From: Glycera tridactyla
Taxonomy: Eukaryota
NCBI GenBank assembly: GCA_965644265.1
Contig: OZ286462.1
Span: 70,928,001-70,992,000 of the forward strand
Length of the DNA: 64,000 bases
Direction: 5' to 3'
Shown here: positions 11,373 to 23,556 of the stretch, piece by piece
Layout of the letters: each line of letters begins with the position of its first letter
Numbering within the stretch: position 1 is the first letter of the stretch
The notes under the pieces: model-generated
The model's database searches: none
Told to the model about the DNA's origin: nothing
The model's input: only the letters and a program-made list of their open reading frames with translations
Position numbers and translations under genes: made by a program

Positions 11373-14289
11373 CTGAAACAGATGAAGCATGGAACCATTG
11401 AGTGAAAATAGCCAAATATCTTACGCACATTTATTTGCATTAAAATGAACTGGCAAGCCTGCGAGGAGCAAGGATCTTTCTCAATGTCACTTTTCCAACA
11501 TTCCTTTGGAAATAATTCAGTGACCAGCAAACACCTGTATATGGAGGCAACGCATTTCAAGAATTTAAAATGCTCATCACAGATTCGACTGTACTTACAG
11601 CAAGCACACTCATGTGGTAGTATTTTCAACAGAAAACGACCTCTCTATAAAGACCACCTGACTATGGAGACCACTTTTGATGCAACCGAAGGTGGTCTTT
11701 ATAGACAGGTTTGAGAGTATATTGCACATGAAAATATTCAGAAAAGGATGTTTCCTTTGGAGACAAATATATGCTGAATCAGGGATCGTGATCGACCGCG
11801 GCCTCGCGCCATTGTCACATCAAACAAATGAAACCCACATGAAAATCACACAATCTGGCATGAAAACGTCTAAAACTCACTGAAACCAGCCAAATCCCGC
11901 GTGAACTCTCGCGATTGCGAGAGTATGAAGAGATTTTGGACGGCTGGGACGGGAACCAGACTAACGAGGCACTTGATCAGCCCGAAATGTCGAGATGCTC
12001 TCGAATGTTTATACCTGCCAATGTTTTCATCACGTTTATGGCGAAAATATTGTGATTTTCTCAGAAACGCTCATGAATTATGCAAATAGGATCACTTTTC
12101 GCGCATTTGGTACTATTTTTTTCGAGAGCGATTGAGAATCGTGAAAAACATCGTTCAAATGTAGAAGATTTGGGCACATAAAATCACTGACAGGATATTC
12201 TCCAGATTTCTCATGTCATGATCCATCCTTTAGACCTGACTTCCTGGAAAGATCACATTCCCGTCACACACAGGTTGATATATCCAGGGCATCTCTACAA
12301 AGAGACTCACAACCGGAATATTATGACACTAGGTCATGACCTACATGGCACAGTTCCCATGCTTTTTGTAAGAGAAGGTTCCTCTTCACATGCTCGGACC
12401 AGATAGTTTTTGAGGCAGGCAAATTTTGGCAGGTAATTTTCATTTTCATCCACCTAGCCTGGAGGTGAGAACAATCTAAGTGTGCTTTTGGTTAAACTAA
12501 TGATAGCTATGTGCAGAGCTGCCAACCTTCAATGAATGATAATAGTAACAGTGTCATTTCAAAGACTAGCAATACCAGTATTCGCATTGATAAGATGAGA
12601 AAAATTCTAATTTCGTAGAGTACTATCAATCTTGAAATGAATGGCACAAACAACCCGAATACCTGTCACGGATGGGTCATTACTTCAGTGTGTCTGCTTT
12701 TAAGCAGGTCAATCTATGATTCAGTTTATGATACAATGGAAGTGGGCGCATGAGAAGGTTGAGGAAGGCAGGTGAAAATCCTACTCCACCTGCCCAGTAA
12801 GAGCATCTGAAGGATAAAGTCAATGTAGAGCCAACCAGATCAAAATTCAGATAAAGCAAAAATCGACATCACACAGATTTAACTGGAAGATTGTGCAAAA
12901 AGGTATGCTATACTCTAAACAAAGAGTGTGAACCATGAATTTTCAGAAAGAATAAACTCATCCCAAAATCACTCATGTCTTCATGGTCTTCATGTTCCAT
13001 TTTGCAGTGAGGCCAATGCACTGACAGATTTCCCTGAACCCAGACTAAATTTCCTTGATCTACCTCCAAATACTTACAAAAGTACTAGATTTAAAACTTT
13101 CAGCCTGATTCCAGAAACTTTTGGATTTCAACTTTTGTGACAAATATCCCTAATTCAGTAACTTTTCTGAGAAGTGGCATCACTGATAATGAAATGATGT
13201 GATGAAAAGTGCAAATTCTATTGTTCTGTGCTATTCTTCTGCAACGTGGATTCTTCCAAGCATGGCATCATCTAGCAGGGCTTCGAGCAGGAAATGATGG
13301 CATGAAGGTGATGACGGATGAGGAGCACGAGCAAATGTGATGCATGAGAATAAATTGATGCTCAACAACCATCTGAGTGTGATTATTCACACATCGCCCA
13401 TGGGCATTCTTCACACTGGAGGTCAACGCTACCATCATTTGGAATTGTCTGCATTCAGTCTACAGCTAGACCTGAAGACTATGTAGGACCCACATCTCTG
13501 TACATTGAAACCTGCCCAGACCAGCATAAATGTCACGTGATAGGAGTCTTTTGAAAGAGGTTATGTCCAATCAGAGGACCATCTCAACTAAGTCAATTAC
13601 AATAGCTGAACTCAGATGGTGGTCTGTCATTGGGGATGTTTCCTAGAGAACTATATATACTGAAATTCGAGCCAAAAAAAGTGTGAACTTTACTCCAAAA
13701 CAAAGATAGACAGCATCTGTGGTATAGAGAAAAATAGTCAAACATGCATGAGTCTGCCTCTACAGAAAGGCTACCTGATTCAAAAATTCGATGATCTACT
13801 GAATCTAACTCCTCCTCGGGCAAAGCAAGAAGGTGATGTCGATATAGGAACTTCAGATTTAGAAATTTCAAAATCAAACCCTACACCTGGCATATGTGAC
13901 TATTTAGGGATTTCCTGACTTAAGGTTGAGAATGAGTGAGTTCTTTCTGGCACATTGAAATAGTTTAAATGTGCCATTTCATATTTCTTCAAGCCCAAAG
14001 CCATGTTATCTTGTCAAAGTATGCTGAATGGCAGGTGCCATCAAGGCAATGTCTTTTTAGAACTTCATGTGCCTTTTAGCACAGACATCATGTGAGTCAG
14101 GATATCCTGCCATGTAAGTGGCCTGAAAGGGATGCAAATATAGGGTACTAGTTAGGTGCAGCAAAGACGCTATAATGATAAGACGATCGTTATAGGGTCT
14201 TTGGGTGCAGTCACTGGTTCTCAAGTGGACAGCATCATTTACAACTGAGAGCAGGGATCCTGCTTGAATGGGTGACCAAAATGTACATG

Positions 14290-14640
14290 GTTCACCATCC
14301 AAGACCGGACTTACACCGTTACATAGATCTGAATGACCCACACTGAGAGGCACTTCTGTGTGGAGGTATCTGATCTGAGTGGAATGTCTGTACTCCACCA
14401 CTCCACTTCACCCAGGTGTGAATGGGTATTTGGCTATAGGCAGTGATTGTGGTTATAGAGTGTTCAGCTCATGCAGTTACTTCGGTGAATGTGGTTGTAT
14501 CAACCTCACACCCAGGCCCTGGGGGCTGAAAAGAGCAAGGTGTCGGCATGTACAACAAACACACTGGCTCCTGGATCAAGGTTGGTGGTTGTATACTCCC
14601 CAAGGATATGAGGAACAGGCCAGTCAAGGAAGGAAATTGT
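14290..14640 (+). mobile_element. Probable decayed SINE-like repeat
   Basis: Contains CACCCAGGTGTGAATGGGTA (14409-14428), which resembles the conserved central motif of widespread metazoan tRNA-SINEs. No clear A/B boxes remain and the boundaries are approximate. Confidence 0.4.
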
Positions 14641-14771
14641 GAAATCGGGTAAGCTTGCTCCATGGGATGAAAGTCACTATCATGAAAAATATCTGAAGTC
14701 CTTCTTCGTCCCGAAATTTTCATTAGGATCAAAATATCTGAAAATGTGGGCTATCGATGCCAAATACAGTA

Positions 14772-14949
14772 CAGTGAAACCTGTCTTGGGAGACCCCTCT
14801 TTTGGGAGACCACCCTCTAATGAGAGACCGCTCTTTATCGGCTGTTCCCTATTTGACTTAGTCAAATATACCTCCAATGAGAGACCACCTGTCTTGAGAG
14901 ACCACTTTTTGTTGGCATTTAAGGCAGTCTCTCAAGACAGGTTTTACTG
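14772..14949. mobile_element. MITE family B, young subfamily
   Basis: TA|CAGTGAAACCTGTCTTGGGAGAC ... GACAGGTTTTACTG|TA, closely similar to 48898-49073 and 55954-56131. Confidence 0.9.
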
Positions 14950-15348
14950 TATCTGGTTTCAGATAATTATCTGAAAACTTTCATCATTGATATGGATACC
15001 AGACTATAAACCATCACATTTTCATACATAGGCATAGATGAGGATGAGAGAGTGGATGATGGCAGTGAGCCTAGCAATGATGATGAAGATATATCAGATG
15101 CATATATAATGAGATGAGGGGCAGGTGATGCAAGCCCAGCATCATTATGTAGCATCTCGCACACACTGATGATGGATAATGGTAACAATAACATTCACTC
15201 CCACTCATTCCCGGGCCTTACACAGGAATGCCCAGGCCTTGACACTAACACCTGCCCTATTGCCCATCATGACATGTAGACTGGAATTGAGTTCAGGAAG
15301 TAGCTGGGGGAACTAGATGGGCAATTGAGATGACCCATGTCAAGTTTG

Positions 15349-15350
<2 letters not shown>

Positions 15351-15410
<60 letters not shown>
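15351..15410. repeat. (TG)n microsatellite
   Basis: Direct reading; explains the CVCV/THTH ORFs. Confidence 0.95.
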
Positions 15411-15413
<3 letters not shown>

Positions 15414-15460
15414 CATGCATGTATGTGTACATGTTCAAGTGCAGATTCCTTGTGTACATG

Positions 15461-15821
15461 CAGTCTTCACGAAAAACTTTTTCAGCCACTCTCCCATCGG
15501 GAGAGCAAATTGGGAGAATCACTCTCCCGAAAATGAATTCACTCTCCCGAATTTGTGCAAGTCCCACTAATATATATTTTCCTGAGGTTAGTTCTCCAGA
15601 ATCATGCATGTGCAGGCAAATGCAAAGCCTACTCACAGGGACTAGGGATTATTGTAGGTGTAATCAAAATTGTGGTGTTCTGTCTTCACAGAAAATCCAT
15701 CACTTTCACATCAACTGAAAAATTTCCACTCTCCCATCGGGAGAGGGAGTTGGAAGTTTCACTCTCCCGAAATCAAATTCACTCTCCCCGGGATTAGGGA
15801 GAGTGCTTAATTCGAAGACTG
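15461..15821. mobile_element. TIR element with ACTCTCCC/GGGAGAG subterminal repeats
   Basis: Ends CAGTCTTC(AC)GAA ... TTCGAAGACTG|TA. Both ends carry CACTCTCCC repeats and CTCTCCC-ATC-GGGAGAG mini-hairpins. Confidence 0.6.
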
Positions 15822-16185
15822 TACATGTACAGTGATGCCATAGAACTGGATCAGGATTTCCTTGAATGAGACCAAATTTTCTTATTTGAACTGCCCCCAT
15901 ATATGGTGAAATCTGTGAGTGTCCTAAATGTCGCCAAAAGCAATCTCTCAAAAGAGTCAGAGGTATACTAGACTATGTCAAACAGAAAAGCTGCCCCCGG
16001 AAAGCGGTCTCCCAATGGAGATGGTCTCTCATCAGAGAGTCTACTGGCCAAGATTCCATTGTACTGGGAAGACACCTAATACCTTCAGTCCAATTCAAGG
16101 ACCATTTGGATCTCAAAGTTTGTGACAGATTTCCTGAATTCAGGAGATTTCCTGAAATGTGCCATGACTGTATTTAAATGTTTGC

Positions 16186-16187
<2 letters not shown>

Positions 16188-16270
<83 letters not shown>
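16188..16270. repeat. (TG)n microsatellite
   Basis: Direct reading; abuts a MITE. Confidence 0.95.
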
Positions 16271-16272
<2 letters not shown>

Positions 16273-16273
<1 letters not shown>

Positions 16274-16432
16274 AGTCGAACCTGTCTATAAAGACCGCCT
16301 TCGATCGCATCAAAAAGCAGTCTATATGGGCAGGTGGTCTTTATAGAGAGGTCATTTACTGTTGAAAATACTACCTCGGTCGCAGCTCAGGTGGTCTTTA
16401 TAGAGAGGTGGTCTTTAGAGCAGGTTTGACTG
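16273..16432. mobile_element. MITE family A copy
   Basis: TA|CAGTCGAACCTG ... CAGGTTTGACTG|TA. Confidence 0.88.
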
Positions 16433-17911
16433 TACATGCATGTATGCATATGCTGGGGGATAAACATGTGTAAGTGTGTGGGGGGCAAGCATGTATTCAC
16501 ATATGGCACTGTCTCTAAAAGTGGTGATGAAATGCTCTCAGAGGCCCAAATTTTAAACTTCATTTTTTTCAATAAACTTCCATCAGGTGTTGGTACCCTT
16601 AGACTAGGACATCAGGTTCTGGTCATAGGAACACTGAATCCCTGTGTCTCTCAAACATATACAAGCAATTATTAAAAGTTTGGTGTTGTAACAGTTTTTG
16701 CCAGTTTGGGGAAAACCAGTTGTGCAGGCTTCAATTATGCATTGAGCTGGTCACTATTTTGAAACATTGTAACTTGGTGTCATATGCCAACCTTATGATA
16801 GAACCAGCTATGTTAAGAGATTTTTTGCCTGGATGCATGCGAGTCAAAAAATCTGGTGTTGTAACAGGACAAAATAGCTGTGATTGGGTATAAAAAATAG
16901 AAAAAAGCCACTGAGAAAATCATAATGCTACATCAGAACGTGTATGGAAGTACAGTACTGCTAATTTTGAAGTACTGACCCTGTTCCCAATGGAAACTGG
17001 TGAGCCCCACTGCAAGATCATGTCCTAGTTACAACACATATATTATTTTCACATCTTGCTTCATTGGAGAGCCCCTCTTACTGGTTCCTTCATATTTCTT
17101 CAGGTTCACTTTGGCATCTGATAAATGATAGTTTACATTGAGATATCACCTTGAAATTCAAGCATATGACTGACAAATATGTTTTGTCATATTTAGTGAA
17201 GAGTTCTTGCATTTATATTCTCATGGTTTGTAATGGCAGTTGTTTAAATGATTTGGACATTTTATCTTAGGCGCGATCACCACCTTTAGAGACAGTACCA
17301 TATTGTACTTCTCCTGTCATCAATTGGAGGAGATTTTTGTGTTGATCGAATATTTCACAGTACAATGAAGAAACAGGATGACCAGAATAATTCCACTCTG
17401 GTTCATCTCTCAATGAGAAGTTACTTGGTGAGCAGCAGCAGAGAGTTAATTGTAAACCACACTAAGGTGCTTGCCAAAGTACACAAGTTGGCCTTGGCAG
17501 ATGTGAAAACAGAAACCTGGGGAGCAAAAACTAAATGGTGCGTATAACAAGAATAGAATGACGGTCAGGTGAGAAGGCATGACAAGTGGGCTCACACCCT
17601 CACACTCACTAACAGTTGCAAAAGTAATTACGCTCCGAATGCTTGGTTGCTCCAAATGGTTGGTTGGTCTGTTTGTTAGATGGTTGGTTGGTTGGCTGGT
17701 TGGCTGGTATAGGCATCGTATAAACTTACTGAAGTTCTATTTTGTCTTTCTCATATCTTGGTTGACAACTGAGACAGAAATTTCCACAGGAAGTCGAGTA
17801 CTACAAAAAGTGGCAGAGAAAATTGTGAGGAGAAAATTCCAGTAAAGGATTGACCTTTCCCACCAGATTACTTCCTCAGAGCGACTTTTCTAACTGATGC
17901 AGTCAAATGTA

Positions 17912-18029
17912 CCGTATTCTCCCTAATTAGCACCCTGGGATGCTTGCTAATTGAGAAAGGGGGCGGTTATTCATTCAAGATGTCAAAAAAAAGGCTCTGA
18001 GGGTCAGGTGCTAATTAGGGAGAATACGG
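17912..18029. mobile_element. 118-bp MITE with 23-bp perfect TIRs (Tc1/mariner-pogo-like)
   Basis: TA|CCGTATTCTCCCTAATTAGCACC ... GGTGCTAATTAGGGAGAATACGG|TA. Confidence 0.9.
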
Positions 18030-19342
18030 TATGTTCCAAATCCACAAGCTCTCTTTGAAGGGCTATGGATGGAGTTGAACAGAGGTCAAGATTCTTTCAA
18101 TCTTGGCAGGGCTGTGAGGTCTCCTTTCTTCAGAGGTTTCAAATTTAAAGTGCCCGAGACCATTGTCATTGTGCTGGATGAGTGTGGTATCATCTTTTTC
18201 ATCTGTCTACACAGAGCATATTTCTGCTTTTTGGCAACATTGAGTATGATCTCTCATTGCCGATTCTGCTGTATGTTTGCACTGGGATTTAAAATGATGT
18301 CTGGTGGCTGGAGTAGATTTTATCAGTCACTGGTATATTTTAATCAATACTCAGGACCCCCGCCTACTAAAGTCTGTCAAGCTTAATTGTGGCGGGTACG
18401 TTTTTCATCCTAGCATCGCGAACCCGCTTCAGGTTGAAATGAAACTTTAAGACAGGCATTACCTAGAAATGTGATCTCACTGAGGTTTGCATGTTTATTT
18501 CACCTTAGAACACCAAATATGTCAATTTCAGGCTGGTTTCAGGACATGTGCAGTGGGCATCTCTTCGCTGTTTCACATACAAATATTCGCCTATAATACC
18601 AGCGGTTTTGCCGAAATAATGTGATGAATTGATGGCGTAGCCCTCTTCTAAAGCATGCAGACTACCCGAGATCAGGTTCAATGATCGCCATAAGACCTGC
18701 TCAATCCATTCGTGCCATTAGAACTCAGATCAGATGAAGATTGACGAATTTCGCGTGTGAAAAGTATGCGCCACATTTGGATTTGAAAGAATTTAGAGTT
18801 GTAGAAGAGACTGTAGAATATTTCATCAACATGCTGCCGCACTCCACACTGAAGTGGGTGCTCATTGATATTACTGTTTGGGGGGGGGGGGGTCCATAGG
18901 AACTGAGCACATCCACTCGGCCACCTGTACACCTAAACTTTTATGGCACAGGCCCCTGGTCATGAAACAGCACTCAAGGCTCCAGCTAATAACCACATNN
19001 NNNNNNNNNNNNNNNNNNNNNNNNNNNNNNNNNNNNNNNNNNNNNNNNNNNNNNNNNNNNNNNNNNNNNNNNNNNNNNNNNNNNNNNNNNNNNNNNNNNN
19101 NNNNNNNNNNNNNNNNNNNNNNNNNNNNNNNNNNNNNNNNNNNNNNNNNNNNNNNNNNNNNNNNNNNNNNNNNNNNNNNNNNNNNNNNNNNNNNNNNNNN
19201 NNNNNNNNNNNNNNNNNNTGGGTATGCATATACATTTTTGTATGTTTGTGCATATATGTGCGTGTCTGGGCATGTAAACATGCAATGTGTGTGTATATAA
19301 ATAGGGTGGGTATGCACACACATTTTTGTATGTATGTTTGTG

Positions 19343-19390
<48 letters not shown>

Positions 19391-19589
19391 TGTGTCTGTC
19401 TTAACATTTTATACATAATCATGTGCCCATTTGCCTACTATGGCTTGTAGTGGAGTGGTTAACAGGATGATTCTCCACTTTTTCCCACAATTATGAAACT
19501 ATTGGTGTATTCGGTGTCTCAGACTTCATGGGTACAATCCCCCCCCCCCTCCCCCCATATACATTGTGTCATCAACATGAATCAATTCA

Positions 19590-20030
19590 AACATGAGTCT
19601 AATTCCTTGAGGATGGAGAAGACACTGGTAGATGCCGGTACATATGCTGCCTGGCCTTTGTCTTAGATTACACTCGCAAGGCAATCACCAAAGCTGTCAT
19701 GCAATCTGGTGTGATCCTACAACTTATATCACACAATTATAGTCATTATGGCTGCCACTGGACTGAAAATTGCAGTCACTTTCCTCAGAATACCACCAAT
19801 TAAATTTGATGAGAAGGGTATTTTTGTAGCAAACTTCGTATGATGGGTGCGTTTCCAGAAAATTGGTGTCTTTTACAATTGAATTTATGTCAGTAACATG
19901 GTCATTGATGCACACACAAAAGGTCCATGAAATGTTTGACTACCCAAGCCCAATGGTTCAGTTTCTGAAGGTTGATCCAGGTACTCCACGGGTCATTTGA
20001 CACTTTGTAGACATGATTCTGATCCCTTAA
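19590..20030 (-). pseudogene. Highly decayed LINE reverse-transcriptase fragment (CR1/L2 group)
   Basis: The minus strand gives QMTRGVPGS followed by CVCINDHVTDINS, echoing the RT motifs VTSGVPQGS and IYINDL, interrupted by stops. Confidence 0.4.
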
Positions 20031-20597
20031 TAGAAGATAACACCAAACCAAAACTTTTCTCAACACATCATCATCATCATCACCATTGAGAACTCTGCCA
20101 CCATAAGGGCTCTACATTCTTCAGCTGTCCTTTGGCAGGTGTAATGGGATTTTCACCGGCCCTCTTGCCCTCTTTCCTATAATCATATAGCAAATAATGC
20201 TGAGGTAGCATGCCTGTGCCATTAGGGTATCTACAGCCCTCAGTATAGTGCCCTGACAATGTCATAGATATCCCAAGGAGACCTCCTGAGGCAGGCATGA
20301 GGCTATAATATCATTGATGAAGTATCATCTCTAACCTGTCATGGTATGGTATGTATACGCACGGTTTTTACACACATCTAGTCAAACCTGTCTATAAAGG
20401 CCACCTGGGACTGCATCAAAAAGTGAGCTTTGTTGGCAGGTGCCCTTCATAGAGAGGTATTTTACTGCTGATAATATTCTCATGGTCACAGCTCAGGGTG
20501 GTGGCCTTTATTGAGAGGTGGCCTATCAAGCAGGTTTGTTTGTAAGCACCCACCCACACTGTGACCCACCCACCTATTCACAACACAAACAAACAAA

Positions 20598-20600
<3 letters not shown>

Positions 20601-20668
<68 letters not shown>
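20601..20668. repeat. (CA)n microsatellite
   Basis: Direct reading. Confidence 0.95.
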
Positions 20669-20670
<2 letters not shown>

Positions 20671-21790
20671 CTCAAAAACAACAAGAACAGAGCATTCCCA
20701 GCAGAACCTGATCCCTGTGGCTGTCATCACAGTGCCAGCCACACCCCACACCCAGCCTACACCTGAGAAAAAGATGAAAAGGCGTGCTGAAAACAGTAGT
20801 CAACTGTTCGGCACAAACCTGCAGGTAAGCCTGGGTCTCGCTACCATGCTGTAGACCTGGGGCCAGAGCCACTGAAAATGTAGGTGCACAACATGATGTG
20901 AGAGCTCTCTGTTACCCTGGTTTTTATGAGAGCCCTTGTGCAATTTTGAATGCAATGACCCTGACAGTGACCCATACCCACCTTCAAACACACAAAGGGT
21001 CTTGTTTCCATTTATGCTAAGCTGGAACTGTATTTGTTTTCCACAATAGGATGCAAAGGCCATCCAACACTCAACCAGGGCTTGATACATGAATTTTCAG
21101 TTCACTTGCCCAGTGCTAAATGCACTTGCCTCATCCATCTGACATATACCAGTGTTACAAATGAGCAGCTGACAAATTTCATGAAAATTTGGTAATATTC
21201 TGAGATAACCCTTATCATGCAGCTAGATTCTAATCCAGCACCTTTCAGATTTACTCTCTAGAACTAAATTTGCTGGATTTAAACTTCCTGAAAACATGCA
21301 TTCAATAGTCTCTCAAAGTATACAATAACATGCAACATGTTTTATACATCTTCCAATGATACATGACCAATTTAACTACGATGTGCATTGGTCAAATCTG
21401 TATCTAGCAATTACTCTGGCCTGGATGGCGAGGCTTACCCTAGACCGCAAAATTTACTCTATTGGGTGCCTTTTATAAGCTGGTTGTCATCCAGGACAGA
21501 GGGGTTCCTCATTGGGTCCTATGTGAACTTAATGTGGGATTACCAGTAGCTGTTGCCAGTAAATGTGCACAGAATCTTACAAGGTGGGTCTCATGGCAGC
21601 ATTAGCCACTTCCCCACATGTATAAGTTAGTAGGTTTGTCACACTTCCAGAATACCCAGCCACTCTCACTGCAATCAATTCTCAACGACTTGACACTTTC
21701 CATAACATGACATCATAACCCGCTAGCGAGTTTCACCCTGATTTCCATATACGAATTTCAACAGCTGCAGCAAGATAGCAAAACCATATA

Positions 21791-21951
21791 CAGTCGAACC
21801 TCCCTATAAAGACCGCCTTCGGTCGCACCAAAAAGTGGCCTTTATAGGGAGGTGGTCTTTATAGAGACGTCATGTACTGTAGAAAATACCACCAAGGTCG
21901 CAGTTCAGGGCGGTCTTAATAGAGAGGTGGTCTTTAGAGGAGGTTCAACTG
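21791..21951. mobile_element. MITE family A copy
   Basis: TA|CAGTCGAACCTCCC ... GAGGTTCAACTG|TG. Confidence 0.85.
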
Positions 21952-22540
21952 TGAATCAAATCTTAGTGCTGCATGTGAATTGTCATTCAATGGCCTGGAA
22001 TTTCACCAAAATGACACCCGGGGGAGGGGGAACACTCTCCTACTTGGACACTTGTTGAAATCTGTCCTACTGCTACGAGAAATGCTTGAAACCACACTCT
22101 GCACATTAGGTCTGTCATTAGAAAATGAAGTGTGTACTTTGTTTCATTTCAAATATCTGCTGATTGCCAATGATGGGGCAAAATATTTGATCACCAGGTT
22201 TAATTTGGAGTCCTCTGAGTTTTAGTGGACTGATTATTTTGAGCTAGTTCGGCCCTGGGTGAAGACGTAACAGGAGCAGTCATGTCCCGAACATCTCTCT
22301 CATTCCAGGCATGCAATGGCCTGCTCTGCAAACCTGTTGCCCTGGTGATCCCTGATCCATCCTGGGCTTGGAATTTTCTGCTTTGCCTGCAAGGCAGTGG
22401 AATTTGCAGGACTGACATTTAACACAGAATTTATTGTTCAAACACTCCACCCACTAGTAGAGAACACAGATTTTGGAAGAATTCATCTTCCAAGCACAGA
22501 ATTTTTGCAGTATTACTTCCTCGAGAATATCACAGAGTTA

Positions 22541-22718
22541 CAGTGGAACCTTCTCTAAAGACCACCTCTCTATAAAGACCACCTCCCTATAAAGACAACC
22601 CTGAGGTGTGACTGTGGAAGTATTTTCAACAGTAAATGATCTCACTATAAAGCCCACCTCCTTGTAAAGACCACTTTTTCCTGTGTCCGAAGGTGGTCTT
22701 TATAGAGAGGTTCGACTG
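22541..22718. mobile_element. MITE family A copy (opposite orientation)
   Basis: TA|CAGTGGAACCT ... AGGTTCGACTG|TA. Confidence 0.85.
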
Positions 22719-23033
22719 TAGATGTAAATATTCATCATGGCGCACAGAACTTGCATATTTTCCAAAAATTCCAATCTTTTCTATGAAGATGCCATGGATT
22801 TCACAGAATTGGGCCAGGATTTTGTGCCTCTGGACAAAAATGGAGAATTTCTGCAGTTGGTAGAAAAGGACAAAAGGTGAAACAGAATTTGCTTGACAAA
22901 TTATACAGATAATCCCAAGCCCTGATCATGATGAAAGAACTGACCAGCCTACCCTGGTGAACAGTAGACCATGCTGCACCCCCTCCCCCTCACATATTGG
23001 CAGTATGCATGTGTATATGGATGCACACATACA

Positions 23034-23064
<31 letters not shown>

Positions 23065-23396
23065 ACATACACACACAACACTAGCTGTTCCATACAATCA
23101 CAAAGTCTAATATTTGGACTGGACTTGCCGTCCCATCGGCTGGCCCAGTTTACAGAGTATCACACATGGCACATACAGGACAGATAACAGGGCATTCTCT
23201 CTCCAAACATCCTCTACTCTGCCTATATGCCTCACCATATGGACTCAAAGATAACAACTCACAGCCTGGGCTATTGGTTGGCGCTTTCCCACATCAGTCC
23301 CATACAATGAAACTAAAGATGAAAGATCCTCATACAAGACCGAACTTGGATGGTAGACCACTTTCTCAAGACTCTTTCATCCAACTTGGTCAAATA

Positions 23397-23556
23397 CAGT
23401 GAAACCTGCAATGAGAGACCACCCTAAAATGTGACCAAAAAGTGGTCTCTCAAAGAGGTGTATCTCACTATGTCAAATAGAAAAACTGCCCTGGAAAAGC
23501 AGTCTCCCATCAGAGGTGGTCTCTCATCAGGGGGTCTTTGGTCGCAGGTTTCACTG
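23397..23556. mobile_element. MITE family B copy
   Basis: TA|CAGTGAAACCTGC ... GCAGGTTTCACTG. Confidence 0.8.

Noticed and set aside
11373-11629. N-terminal extension of ORF 11045..11629
   Set aside because: It lies upstream of a clear TGTTTCAG acceptor, overlaps a MITE remnant at its start and has no Kelch-family similarity, so it is treated as intron.
15330-16346. CVCV/THTH ORFs here and at 18871-19422, 20486-20854, 46086-46497 and 58369-58732
   Set aside because: These are translations of (CA)n/(TG)n microsatellites.
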